Below, piece after piece: positions 1 through 11,180 of a stretch of DNA of 34,642 nucleotides; positions within the stretch are counted from its first letter, which is position 1, and every line of letters starts with the position of its first letter. The stretch comes from Chiloscyllium plagiosum (taxonomy: Eukaryota). Below the pieces are notes generated by a model. That model did not search any database. It saw nothing but the letters and a program-made list of their open reading frames with translations, and was not told the DNA's origin. The stretch lies in assembly GCF_004010195.1 (NCBI RefSeq), contig NC_057720.1, forward strand, positions 12,817,765 to 12,852,406. Reading direction: 5' to 3'. A program made the position numbers and the translations under genes.

Positions 1-110
1 TGCATATGGTCACAGAAATTTGAGGGTGCGTACATGAGGATCAGTGGTCAGCACAACATCATGGACTGAAGGGCCTGTTCTGTGCTGTACTGTTCAATGT
101 TCTATGTTCT
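1..110 (+). mobile_element. CR1 LINE 3' tail
   Basis: ...gcacaacatcatggactgaagggcctgttctgtgctgtactgttcaatgttctatgttct, the same tail type as 18705-18762. Confidence 0.75.
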
Positions 111-365
111 AAGATTCAGCTTTTGGAATTTTCCAACAGGTTTGAGGTGCTTACAACCTGAGTGGTTGATGGTGAAGTCTGTGCTGTTGACAGGGAAGGG
201 GTAAATAGAAATGTAGTCAAGGTAGACATCTTACAGTAAGTCCCTTCCTTTTGTTGACTTCTAACATTGTTTTGCTTTATCAAGTAACTAGTAGTGAGGA
301 AGAGCTTGATGAACCAAATATCTTATGTTCTTATGTCACTAATAAATCGTATGCTTTTTCTCCAG

Positions 366-530
366 GTGATGGAAGTTGGAAAACAACTTGGTATTGCAGT
401 TTCATGCATAATTCCTGTGCAAAATTATTGGTCAGTTCATGAGCTTCAATATGCTACAGATATTTTAATACTCTCTGCTGTGGTACAGATGTTACGATTT
501 GCAGATGATTATTTTGAGAATTCTGTTTAG
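366..530 (+). CDS. IFI44L: Terminal coding exon of a second, oppositely oriented IFI44/IFI44L-like paralog (upstream exons would lie left of the window)
   Basis: Intact acceptor gctttttctccAG at 364-365. The peptide matches 24472-24308 except YATD vs YNTD, with a TAG stop. Whether the rest of this gene exists cannot be seen here. Confidence 0.82.
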   Translation: MMEVGKQLGIAVSCIIPVQNYWSVHELQYATDILILSAVVQMLRFADDYFENSV

Positions 531-784
531 TTTATCACCAAACTGTGACATAAGTTTCTCATGACTTTGTCTTTTCTGAATCATTGCTAGTTTTAGTTGG
601 GAGAATTCAAATGCTATGAGCAATCATTTCTCTGTTGCATTTCACAAACTCGGAATGATTTGTTTCCCAAAGGTTTACAGAGGGATGCTGAAAGGGTTAA
701 TGATCCTGCCCTGAAATCTGCAAATGTTGTATGGCCATTGAGGTGTGTTTGTACTGTTGTTATATTAATCATTCTTTTTATTAA

Positions 785-1300
785 GGATATTATTAAGAAT
801 ATTATTAAATTAGAAGGAGTGCAGAAAATCTTTACTAGAATGCTACTTGGACTGGAAGGTTTGAGTCCGAGGAGAGGTTAGATAAGCTGGGATTTTTTTC
901 ACTGGAGCGTAGGAGGTTGAGAGGTGACCTTTTTTGAGGTTTATAAAATCTTGAGGGGCATTGATAAGGTAAATAGCCACCAGCGTTTCCTCATGATAGC
1001 AGTGTCTGAAACTGGAGGGCATGGGTTTAAGGTGAGAGGGGAGTGATACAAAAGGATCCAGAGAGACAATTTGTTCACACAGAGGGTGGTGAGTGTCTGG
1101 AAGGGGCTGCCAGCGGCAGTGGTGGAAGCAAGTACCAATTTGTCATTTAAGAAACATTTTGACGCACACATTGATGGGATAGGTATGGAGGGACATGGAT
1201 CAAACACAGGCAATTAGGACTGGTTTAAATTGTGAAAACTGAGTGTCATTGGCAAGTTAGGTCAAAGAGCCTGTTTCCATGCTGTAAATCTCTATGACTC
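785..1300 (+). mobile_element. Old CR1 3' fragment downstream of the stop codon (mirror at ~23545-24053, minus)
   Basis: LEGVQKIFTRMLLGLEGLS..., FTQRVV-like segment and ctctatgactc tail. Confidence 0.8.
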
Positions 1301-1362
1301 GATGTTAGAGTTTGCTGTCTGTGTGAATTTACATGCAGCAGGCTTTGTAAAACCCATCTCTT

Positions 1363-2557
1363 AGAGTCATACAGTCACAGAGACGTACAGCACACAAATA
1401 GACCCTACGGTCCAACATGTCCATGCTGACTAGAAATCCTAACTTCATCTGTTCCCATCTGCCAGCACTTGGCTCATATCCCTCTAAACCCTTCCTACTC
1501 ATATACACATGCAGATGCCTTTTAAATGTTGAAATTGTACCAGCCTCCACCACTTCCTCTGGCGGCTCATTCCATACATGCACCACCCTTTGTAAAAGTT
1601 GCCCCTTAGATCCCATTCAAATTTTTCCTTCTCACCCTAAACCTATGCCCTCCTGCTTTGGACTCCACCACCCCAGGGGAAAAGACCTTGTCTATTTATC
1701 TGATCCATGTCCCTCATGATTTTATAAACTTCTATAACATCATCTTTCAGTCTGCGATGCTCCAGGGAAAACAGCCCCAGCCTCTTCAGCCTCTCCCTAC
1801 AGCTCAATTCCTCCAACCCTAGCAACATCCTTGTAAATCTTTCGTGAGCCTTTTCAAGTTTCACAACATTCTTCCAGTAAGAGGGAGACCAGAATTATAC
1901 GCAATATTCCTAACATAGCCGAACCAATGTCCTGTTCAGCCACAACATGACCTCCCAACTCCTGTACTCAATACTCTGACCAATAAAAGAAAGCATATCA
2001 AATGCCTTCTTCTCTATCCTATCGACCCAAAACTCCACTTTCAATGAACTATGAACCTGCACACCAAGGTTTATTTGTTCAGCAACACCCTCAAGGAACT
2101 TACCATTCAGTGTATAAGTCCTACTCTGTCTTGTCTTGCCAAAATGCAGCACCTCTAAATTAATCTATCTGAATTAAACTCCATCTTCCACTCCTCAGTA
2201 CATTGGCCCATCTGATCAAGGTCCTGTTTTACTCTGAGATAACCTTCTTTGCTGTTCACTACATACCAATGTTGGTGTCATCTGCAAACTTACTAACTAT
2301 ACCTCCTATTTACACATTCAAATAATTTATATATATGACAAAAGCAATGGACCCAACATCGATCCTTGTGGCACTCCACTGTCAAAGGCCTCCAGTTGGA
2401 AAGGCAGCCCTCCACCACCACCCTCTGTCTTCTACCTTTAAGCCAGAGCTGTGTCCAAATGGCTAGTTCTCCCTGTATTCAATGTGATCTAACCTTGCGA
2501 ACCAGTCTGCCATGAGGAGCCTTGTTGGGCATTTTATTGAAGTCCATGCAGATCATG
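1363..2557 (-). mobile_element. 5'-truncated degenerate CR1 LINE
   Basis: Fragmented ORF2 C-terminal peptides (HFGK..RTYTLNG, RFTRMLLGLEEL, RVVHVWNE). Confidence 0.9.
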
Positions 2558-3237
2558 TCTTGGTTATATCCTTCTTCAGTTCTGAAGAAGTTGTGTTAGA
2601 TTTGAAATGTTAACTATGTTTCTCTCTTCACTGCTGGGTAACTGCTGGGTTTCTCTGGTACTTTCTGTTTTGATTCCATATTAAGCTTGTCACACAAACA
2701 AGTAGCACAAAGCTGAGAAGTTACCATGTATTGCAATTTGACTATTACTAGCTGCTTTCAATATTAAACCTTCATTGCACATTAGATGGATCTGTCTGGT
2801 TATTTTGTCTTTGGTTACCTACCCTCCTGTACTATCACCAGTGTACACTCTAGGCTGAATGTGTTCTTGTGACATAGTAATAGTGTCCATACCTCTGATC
2901 CAGGAGGCTCAGGTACAACTGCCATCTGCTCCAGATAGTGTCTTTGAGCAGGTCGATAAGCAGATGCTCACACTGTGGACAGAATGTTTCTTTTATTTTT
3001 GCTGTGTTCATTTTGTTGAGTTTGTCAGAGTGTTTCTCACCACGAGGCCTTACCAAACTTAGCTCATTAACCATCGACCCCACCCCATGGGGTTCCTCTC
3101 ACCAGTCTCCCGTCCCATTCTACCTCAGAACAACTTGCAACTGCAGGGACATCCCAGAGTTTATGGGCATCCCCGCTACTGATGCCATAGTGCACACAGA
3201 CCTGTCCAATCAGTTTTTAGCTTCCCTGCATAGTTTT

Positions 3238-3922
3238 TTAAAAATTCATTCATGGGATTGGACATCACTGGCCAGGTCAGTATTTATTCCCCATCCCTAA
3301 TTGCCCAGAGGGCAGTTAAAAGTCATAGAATGCCAACAGTGTGGAAACAGGCCCTTCAGCCCTACAAATCCATATCAACCCTCCGAAGAGTAATCCACCC
3401 AGATCCAAACTGCTGCCCCCTGAGTAATGCACCTACCTGCACATCCCTGAACACTATGAGCCATTTAGCATGGCCAATTCACCTAACCTGCACATCTTTG
3501 GATCATGGGCGAAAACCAAAGCACCAGCAGGAAACCCACACCCAGACACAGGGAAGAATGTACAAACTCCACACAGACAGTCACCCAAGGCTGGGATCGA
3601 ACCTGGATCCCTGGTGCTGTGAGGCAGCAGTGCTAACCACTGAGTCACCATACCTCTCCACAACAGTCAGCCACATTGCTGTGTGTCTGGAGTAACATGT
3701 AGGCCAGACTAGATAAGGATGGCAGTTTCATTCCCTGTAGGGCAATAGTGAATCAGATGTTTTTTTTCTGACAATTGGCAATGGATTAATGGTCACCATT
3801 AGACTCCTAATTCCAGATTTTAATTGAATTCGGATACTACCATCTGCCATGGCTGGATTCGAACCCAGGTCCCCAGAACATTAGAGTTAACATCCGAGCA
3901 ATAATACCACCATGTTGTCACC
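3238..3922 (-). mobile_element. tRNA-derived SINE (box B GGTTCGAATCC), interrupted by an HE1-type SINE
   Basis: Uninterrupted mirror copy at ~21100-21435 (+). Tail ...cccatgaatgaat. Family name not assigned. Confidence 0.7.
3326..3664 (-). mobile_element. HE1/V-SINE-type tRNA SINE, left-arm specific
   Basis: Box A-like tgactcagtggttagc, box B ggttcgatccc, central tccaaagatgtgcaggttaggtgaattggccatgctaaat and CR1-like tail. Flanked by agtca at 3321-3325 and 3665-3669; the site is empty in the right arm (~21355). Confidence 0.85.
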
Positions 3923-4221
3923 TTCCTAAGGTTCACGATATTTGCCCTGGATGTGGCAAATATGGGAAAATTTGATGCCCCACTTTGTGGTCAGGGTTTT
4001 GGAGATCCTAGTGGATGAGGTGGGACATCCTCTTTCTCCCAGGACCAACAGTCGAGGCCGTTCCCCAGACCCTGCACAGCCTGATCTGAGGTTGCCACCT
4101 GGGTCAGTGCACTGAATGAGTGATGGACTCTATCCAAACCCCCAGACTGGTATCTGAAGCTGGCCTGGGCATCCTAACCAAAGGTATCTCCCTGCACTGA
4201 GGATTGCTGAATATAACCATA

Positions 4222-4617
4222 TTGGGGAGACAGGCCGCCTACTTGCGGAGCATTTCAGAGAACACATCTGGGACACACGGACCAACCAACCCAACCACCC
4301 TGTGGCTCAACCAACCCAACCACCCTGTGGCTCAACACTTCAACTCCCCCTCCCACTCCACCAAGGAAATGCAGATCTTTGGNNNNNNNNNNNNNNNNNN
4401 NNNNNNNNNNNNNNNNNNNNNNNNNNNNNNNNNNNNNNNNNNNNNNNNNNNNNNNNNNNNNNNNNNNNNNNNNNNNNNNNNNNNNNNNNNNNNNAAGAAG
4501 GGCTTATGCCCGAAACGTCGATTCTCCTGTTCCCTGGATGCTGTCTGACCTGCTGCGCTTTTCCAGCAACACATTTTCAGCTCTGATCTCCAGCATCTGC
4601 AGACCTCACTTTCTCCT
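4222..4617 (+). mobile_element. Penelope-like element 3' fragment (GIY-YIG endonuclease remnant plus pLTR), left-arm specific
   Basis: Hand translation from 4218 gives HIGETGRLLAEHFREHIWDTRTNQPNHPVAQ..HFNSPSH, with a 25-bp tandem duplication causing a frameshift. TSD tgaa(t/g)ataaccata at 4208-4221 and 4618-4631. Contains a gap. Confidence 0.85.
4383..4494. other. Assembly gap
   Basis: Run of N inside a Penelope element. Confidence 1.
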
Positions 4618-5294
4618 TGAAGATAACCATAAAATTTCCTGGATGTGTTTCTGTGTTAAAGGGTAACACGATACAGCCGCAGTGTGAGGATGGTATCTCT
4701 GGCTGGGGAGTAGGTGCAAAAGGGCAAGGCAGGAACGCTGTGGTCATTCAGGTAGTGAGTGAATGCAATGAGAACAAGCAAACCAGCTCAAGATGGTGTC
4801 TTGACCATGAGCTGGGTGCCTCAGGGACTACAGGATTGCAACAAGAGTTAGCAGTGCAGTATGAGGTACAGCATTGAAGTGCTGAAGCGTCCTATAAGTG
4901 GATCAGAGCTAAGCCTCAATTAGAGGCTGGTACATGGCAGATGCCAATGTCTGTGGATGTTCGATTGTGTGGCCAGTGGCCATGCAGTGTGCCCTGAGGT
5001 ATATGGTGCCAACATACAGGTCTTTTTGTCGAGTCAATAATAAAGAAACTTAAAAAGTAGAATTTGTATTTAAGTCGTACCTTCCATATCACTGGGAACA
5101 CTGAAAGTGCAACAAAAGCAGATGTATCAGCATGACTGGATCAGAAATGTTAACTGGATCAAAAATCTTCAGCAACACAACTCTGAAAATCCTACTCTTC
5201 CAACTTAGCTCCTGCTCCCCACCGCTCCTGATTCAGCATGTCTCCCAGTTGCCTCTCTGATTCATTTGCTCCTGAGTGGCACCAATCACCAGCT

Positions 5295-5540
5295 GCTGAG
5301 CTGGTCTGGCCATGACTACTTAAACCAGGTAAGGGCAGCAGTTTCCTTCCCTAAAGGGCATTTAGCGACCAGAAGACTTTGTCCGACAATGTTTTTATGG
5401 TCATCTTTTGACTCTTAAATCAAGATTTGCATCGAATTCAGGTTTCACCATCTGATATGTTGGGACTCCAACACAGAACCTTACCAAGGTCTCTGGATTA
5501 ATAATCTTGCAATAATGCCCTAGGTCATTGACTTCACCAC
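5295..5540 (-). mobile_element. Degenerate tRNA-SINE fragment (mirror ~16780-17015, +)
   Basis: Resembles the 3670-3920 SINE body (gtaagggcagcagtttccttccctaaagg). Confidence 0.55.
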
Positions 5541-6444
5541 TGACACATTGTGAAAGAATATTCCTTTGAATATGCCCTTTCAGGTGCTGATGAATCGATT
5601 CATGATTGTAATATCTTTGCTTCATTTTTACAGAACATAAAGCCACGGTATGGTGGATTCTCTCAAATCTTGAGAAATAATTTTGTTTCTTTAAGTGCAT
5701 AATGTAGCTGGTTGACTTGAGTTGGCACTCAGTTGGCACAGGAGTTATAGAGTACCATTGGGTGGGCTGAGGTCCTTAGGTTGGCATGGGAGGGCATGAA
5801 GGACCATGGAGAGCTTAAGAATGCACAGGATGGAATATGGAGAGTGTCTGGTGGGTGAATGTATGTGAGGAGTGAGGGCTGCATGGACTTATTTTTGTTT
5901 TATATTTGTTTTTAAAAGCTTCAACAAATTGGCAATCTCTGGCCTGTGTTCTCCCTCACCAATTTCTACATTTAACCTGGGGTCTTTTGGTCTACTTCCC
6001 AGAGCAGCCTAGCATCTTGGAATGGAACTTCTGGGTCACACCCTCCCTGCTCAGCTTTCCCGAATAAAGGCAAATCCACAACTCAGGGCTGCAACTACAT
6101 TTCACAATGTCTATGTTTCAGAAATGTAACATTAGATTTAAAAAAAAATGTCAATAAATAGAAAACATAATAAGGAACTGGTAAAAACAAACCCGCAGTA
6201 AACATAAGTCAAACAAGCCTGAGTTTATTATATTTAAAAGATAACCTATTCAAGAAGGTCAGATAGAGAGGAAGATGAACAGTGAATGAGCCACTGTGCT
6301 TTTCTTTTGGTAGAGTCATGATCTATAATCATTCCAGCAAGGAATTTAATTTATTTGTTTTGTTTCCAGATGGAAAGAAGGTAAAGACAGCTGCTAAATG
6401 AAGAGAGTGCTCGGTAAATACAGATGTTTGAAAAAGGTCAATGG

Positions 6445-6746
6445 AAACACACCAGGTTCACTTCCATCCTTAGGCAGCAGTCTGTGTGGAGTTTGCACAT
6501 TCTTCCTGTGTCTGTGCATTTCCTCTGGGTGCTCTGGTTTCCTCCCACAGCCCAAAGATGTGCAGGTCAGGTGGATTGGTCATGCTAAATTGTTCATAAT
6601 GTCCAGGGATGGACAGGCTAGGTGAACTGATCATGGGGAATGCAACGTTATGGGGCAGTGGTGGGTCTGGATGGGATGCCCCTTCAGAGGGTCAGCGTGG
6701 ACTCAATGGGCCAAATGGCCTGCTTCCACACTTTAGGGATTCTATG
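6445..6746 (+). mobile_element. HE1/V-SINE-type SINE (mirror ~14357-14685, minus)
   Basis: gtctgtgtggagtttgcacattct...cccaaagatgtgcaggtcaggtggattggtcatgctaaattg...gggattctatg. Confidence 0.82.
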
Positions 6747-6896
6747 TAAATTATTCATTTTGGTCACAGAACCAACCAGAGTTATGTTGAAGAGTTTTAA
6801 AAATTCTTTACATTTCTGTTTGGAGCATCCCAAGGCATGCCCCATCATCATGGCAATGGTCCGTGGGATTGTGGGTTTGCTTTAATTTAACTGGCT

Positions 6897-7100
6897 ATGT
6901 TTGTGTGTATGTGTGAGTCTGTGCTTGTCTGTGTTTATCTGTGTGTGTCTGTTTGTGTGTCTATGTTTATGTGTGCGTGTTTGTGTGTCTGTGCAGTTCT
7001 GTGTGTGTGTGCATGTGTGTGTGTGTGTGTCTCTGTGTGTATGTGTTTTTATGTGTGTGTATGTGTTTGTGTCTCTGTCTGTGTCTGTTTGTGTGTTTGC
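6897..7100. repeat. Degenerate (GT)n microsatellite; longer (CA)n mirror at ~13925-14205
   Basis: Visible low complexity; it explains the C/V-rich spurious ORFs. Confidence 0.9.
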
Positions 7101-7239
7101 TCACACAAGGCAGTCTGCAGGCTACATTTTACAATGTGGTTAAATATGAAATTGTGCACGTCATTGCCAAAAATAAATGAACTGTATGGATGTGTGAATG
7201 TACTAAGGGATTCAGGCGGGTGTAGCAAGCCATTAGGAA

Positions 7240-7462
7240 GTGGTATGTTGGCCTTCATTGCAAGAGGATTTGAGTAGTGAAACAGAGATGACTAACTGCA
7301 GTTATACAGGACTTGGTGAAACCGTATCTTGAACATTGTGTGCAGTTTTAGACCCGTTACCTAATAAAGGATGGACTGTGGAGAGAGTGCAGTGGGCTGG
7401 TACCTGGGATGGCAGGACTGTCCTATGAAGAGAGATTGGTTCAACTGGGCCTGTTGTCGTGG
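7240..7462 (+). mobile_element. Old CR1 fragment (mirror ~13555-13795, minus)
   Basis: GMLAFIARGFE and GMAGLSYEERL peptides. Confidence 0.7.
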
Positions 7463-8603
7463 AGTCATACAGTCATAGAGATGTACAGCATGGAAACAGA
7501 CCTTTCAGTCCAAATCGTCCATGGCGACCAGATATCGTAACCTAATCTCGTCCCATTTGCCAGCACTTGGTCCATATCCCTCTAAACCCTTCCTATTCAT
7601 CTACCCATCCAAATGCTTTTTAAATGCTATAATTGCACCAGCCTCCATCACTTCCTCTGGCAACTCATTCCATACACGCACCCCCCTCTGCATGAAAATG
7701 TTGCCCCTTAGATCCCTTTTATATCTTTCCCCTCTCACCCTCAACCTATGTCCTCTAGTTCTGGAATTCCTCACCCTGGGGAAAAGACCTTGTCTATTTA
7801 CCCTATCCATGCCCCTCATGATTTTATAAAACTCTATATGGTCACCCCTCAGCCTCTGACACTCCAGGGAAAACAGCTTCAGCCTACTTAGCTGTTTCCT
7901 ATGGTTCAAATCCTCAAACCCTGGGAACATCCAAACATCCTTCCGATAGGAAGGAGACCTGAATTGCATGTAATATTCCAAAAGTGGCCTAACCAATGTC
8001 CTGTACAGTCACAGCATGACCTCCCAATTCCTGTACTCAATACTCTGACCAATAAAGGAAAGCATACCAAACGCCTTCTTCACTATCCTATCTATCTGCG
8101 ACTCCACTTTCAAGGAGCTATGAACCTGCACTCCAAGGTCTCTTTGTTTAACAACACTCTGTAGGACCCTAACATTAAGTGTATAAGTCCTGCTCAGATT
8201 TGCTTTTCCAAAATGCAGCACCTCACCATTATCTAAATTAAACTCCATCTGCCACTCCTCAGCCCATTGGCCCATCTGATTAAGATCCAATTGTAATCTG
8301 AGGTAACCTTCTTCACGTTCCACTACATCTCCAATTTTGGTGTCATTTGCAAACTTACTAATTGTACCTCTGATGTTTGCATCCAAATCATTTAAATAAA
8401 TGGCGAAAAGTGGTGGACTCGGCACTAATTCTTGTGATACATCACTGGTCACAGGCCTGAAGTCTGAAAAGCAACCCTCCATCACCACCCTCTGTCTTCT
8501 ACCTTCGAGCCAATGGCTAGTTCTCCCTGTATTCCATGAGACCTAACCTTGCTAATCAGTCTACCAGGAGGAATGTTGTCAAAAGCCTTACTGAAGTCCA
8601 TAT
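7463..8603 (-). mobile_element. 5'-truncated CR1 LINE, shared with the right arm (12226-13554)
   Basis: Degenerate RT peptides (KFANDTKIG, HFGKAN). The 3' junction ctgttgtcgtggagtcatacagtcatagag is identical in both arms. Confidence 0.9.
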
Positions 8604-8769
8604 ATTCATTCAGGGGGCTCAATGTCACCCATCAGTCAGGGTCAATCAGGGGGTCAGCTCACTGAATACCAAGGAGGGTGTATTCTTCCCCTGCATTTTT
8701 GGTGCATAGCTGCTAAGGGAGGAGAGTTCCTCTCTAATGACAGAGAGAGACTATGGTAATTTTACTTTT

Positions 8770-10425
8770 AGTATTTACTAGAGAGGCGGCATGTTTGAAT
8801 ATCTATGTAGTATGGGTAGGCATGTGTGATTATTTACAGTGGGTGATGATTGTGAATGTTTACAGACTTTGTGTGTGGGAACATTTACAGTGGACTGGTG
8901 TGTATTAAAGCTTCCAGGGGAGTGAAAAATGTGTGAATAGATACAGGGTGATGCATGTTAATATTTATAGGGCTAGTGTGTGTGTAAATATTTGGAGGGT
9001 TTGTGTATTGTTATGGACTCAGCTAGACCACTCAAAAAATTCTTAAGAATGCAGCCCTAGACCTAACTTTGCAATTTGTTTCGGTAAGCCTACAGTGAAA
9101 ATTACCTGGAGTAAGTTAGCTAGGTTGACTACCAGGGTTTAAAACAGACAAAAAATTTAATCACAAAATTACACAATGAAACACAAAGAACAGAATAACG
9201 AATCCCTAAAGAATTCAGCCTATCCAACTGGACTTAATTAGGCTGTTCCGAACATACACAACAGTCCCAATAAGCAAACTCCCTTTAAAAACCAGTATAA
9301 ATGGTACACATGCTTAAAGGTCAAAGTTTAAGGGCAGAAAAGAGAGAGAATGTCCACACAGCTCCCTGTTGAACTTCCCAGTTCAAGACTGAACTAAACT
9401 GCTCAGCTCAGGTCAGTTAAAGAGCTGACCACTCCCTTTTCATTATACAGTTCGCTTCTAATACATGACCCACTTTGACCTGAAGTCTCATCTGTATACA
9501 GGTAAACAAAAGGCCTCTCAAAATCATTTTCATCTCTGTACCAAACCCGACTGATTGGAGTCTGGCCCAGTATATTGTCCCTCTGAAAAAAAATCAAGGA
9601 CAGAGTCTCCTTGAGCCAAGGATCAGCTTTTAGGAAAAAACGTGACCAGCTTTGTAACAGTATGTGTAAGATAATTCACAAGGCTTGTAGCGTATGTGTG
9701 TGTGCAATAATTTACAGTGTTTGCGTGTGTATGAATATTCACAGGGTTCACGTTTGTGTGTGTATGTGAATGTTTAGAGGGTTTTGTGTATGTGTATGCG
9801 TGTGAGAATATTTTCCAGAGTTTGTGTGTGTGTGCATGCGTGAGAGAGAGAGGTTTGTAAGTGTCAATGTGAATGTTTACAGGGTTTATGTGTGTATGTG
9901 TGAATATTTACAGGGTTTGTCTGTGTGAATGTTTATAGGGTATTGTGTGTGTCTGTGAGAATATTTTCTAGGGTTTGTGTGTGTGTGTGTGTGAATATTT
10001 AGAGTTTGTGGGCGTGTTTGTGAACATTTACAGGGTTTATGTGTGAATATTTACAGGGTTTTGTGTATGTGTATGTGCGTGAGAATATTTTCCAGGGTGT
10101 GCGTGTGTGTGTTTGTGAGAGAGAGAATACTTACAGAGTTTGTAAGTGCGTGAACGAACTTTTACAGGGTGTATGTATGTATGTGTGAATATTTACAGGG
10201 TTTGTGTGTGTGTGCTATACACATGAGAATATTTTCAGCGATATGTGTGTGTGCGTGAGAATATTTTCCAGGGTTTGTGTGTGTGTGTGTGAGAGTGAGA
10301 ATACTTACAGGGTTTGTAAGTGTGTGTGTGAATATTTATAGGATTTATGTGTGTATGTGTGAATATTTACAGGCTTTGTGTGTGTGTGGGAATATTTTCA
10401 GGGTTTGTGTCTGTGTGTGTGATTA
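8770..10425. repeat. GT-rich minisatellite, core approx. GTGTGAATATTTACAGGGTTT, interrupted by a solo LTR
   Basis: The core recurs many times, separated by variable (GT)n spacers. Confidence 0.85.
9009..9659. mobile_element. Solo LTR (651 bp), Gypsy/ERV-type
   Basis: Termini TGTTA...TAACA and an exact 4-bp TSD GTAT (9005-9008, 9660-9663). The minisatellite resumes on both sides. Confidence 0.82.
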
Positions 10426-10927
10426 TTTGACGGGGATGGTCTTCCAGAACATGAAAGGACCTGCTGCTGAAACTTCCTTGCTAAGATTTGTTTTCTTGTT
10501 TGACTTTGCTGGATTGCAAACTGAAACTAAAGTTGAATCTTTGTTGCAAGTTCATTTTCCAAGGAGCGGTTAAGGCATTACAGATCGTTGCTGAAAACAA
10601 ATCTCTTCAGTACATTGCTGTAAATCTGTGGTCGAGTTTTTTTTTTACGCTGGTGATGTTTTTGTTTGATATTTGAGTTATTTTGAGAGAGACCACGTCA
10701 GATCTCTTGGTGTGAACTGACTGTGGTTCCTGTGTTAAGAACTACTTGGAATACAAATTTTAGACATAACCAGCAGGACACTTCAAGGGGTGAGTATTCG
10801 GGTAAAATCTTTGTACGAGGTATCATGGGGCTTTGCTGGAGATCTTATGTGAAAGTCTCAGGGGATTTGGGGTAATGGCTGATGGCTTCATGTGACAGAG
10901 CAGTCTTGGTCCATTTCATTGTAACCA

Positions 10928-11180
10928 TGATGTGGAGGTGCTGGTGTTGGACTGGGGTGGACGAATCTTAAAATCACACAACGTCAGAATTAATAGTAAA
11001 AGATCTGAACAGCAATCTAGGTCTGTTCAATACATCACATCAGTTGTATGACACTTTGATTTTTTTACTATAAATTCCGTGTCCTATGATCCTGCCCCAC
11101 TAGCTACCTGAGGAAGGGGCAGCACTCTGAACGTTTGTGCTTCCAAATAAACCTGTTGGACTATAACCTGGCGCTGTTTA
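10928..11180 (+). mobile_element. Penelope-like pLTR fragment with short inverted leader
   Basis: Shares ...cttccaaataaacctgttggactataacctgg with 30270-30305. Hammerhead core is degenerate (ctgagga...gaac). Confidence 0.7.

Larger units (their letters stand above)
111..8600. repeat. Left arm of large inverted segmental duplication
   Basis: Reverse complement of ~12230-24727. Position 111 pairs with 24727, and mirrored ORFs sum to 24838 (530+24308, 597+24241, 941+23897). Further collinear blocks: 2640-4817/22035-20365, 5053-5870/17261-16445, 5870-7500/15240-13515. Confidence 0.95.

Noticed and set aside
251..442. 63-aa ORF, and the N-terminal 24 aa of ORF 294-530 (mirrors at 24396-24587 and 24473-24544)
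   Set aside because: Alternative frame or intronic read-through; family similarity starts at the acceptor (366 / 24472).
597..881. 94-aa ORF identical in both arms
   Set aside because: Identity reflects the duplication; the C-terminal part is CR1-derived and it lies downstream of the stop codon.
5401..5739. 112-aa ORF with a mirrored 88-aa ORF at 16647-16913
   Set aside because: No recognisable domain; overlaps a decayed SINE; conservation is explained by arm identity.
6897..7277. Cys/Val-rich ORFs (also 10277-10573, 13751-14201, 29129-29617)
   Set aside because: Translations of GT/CA microsatellites.
9660..10425. Repeat-spacer-like pattern suggestive of a CRISPR array
   Set aside because: Eukaryotic context; the spacers are low-complexity (GT)n of variable length; no cas genes.
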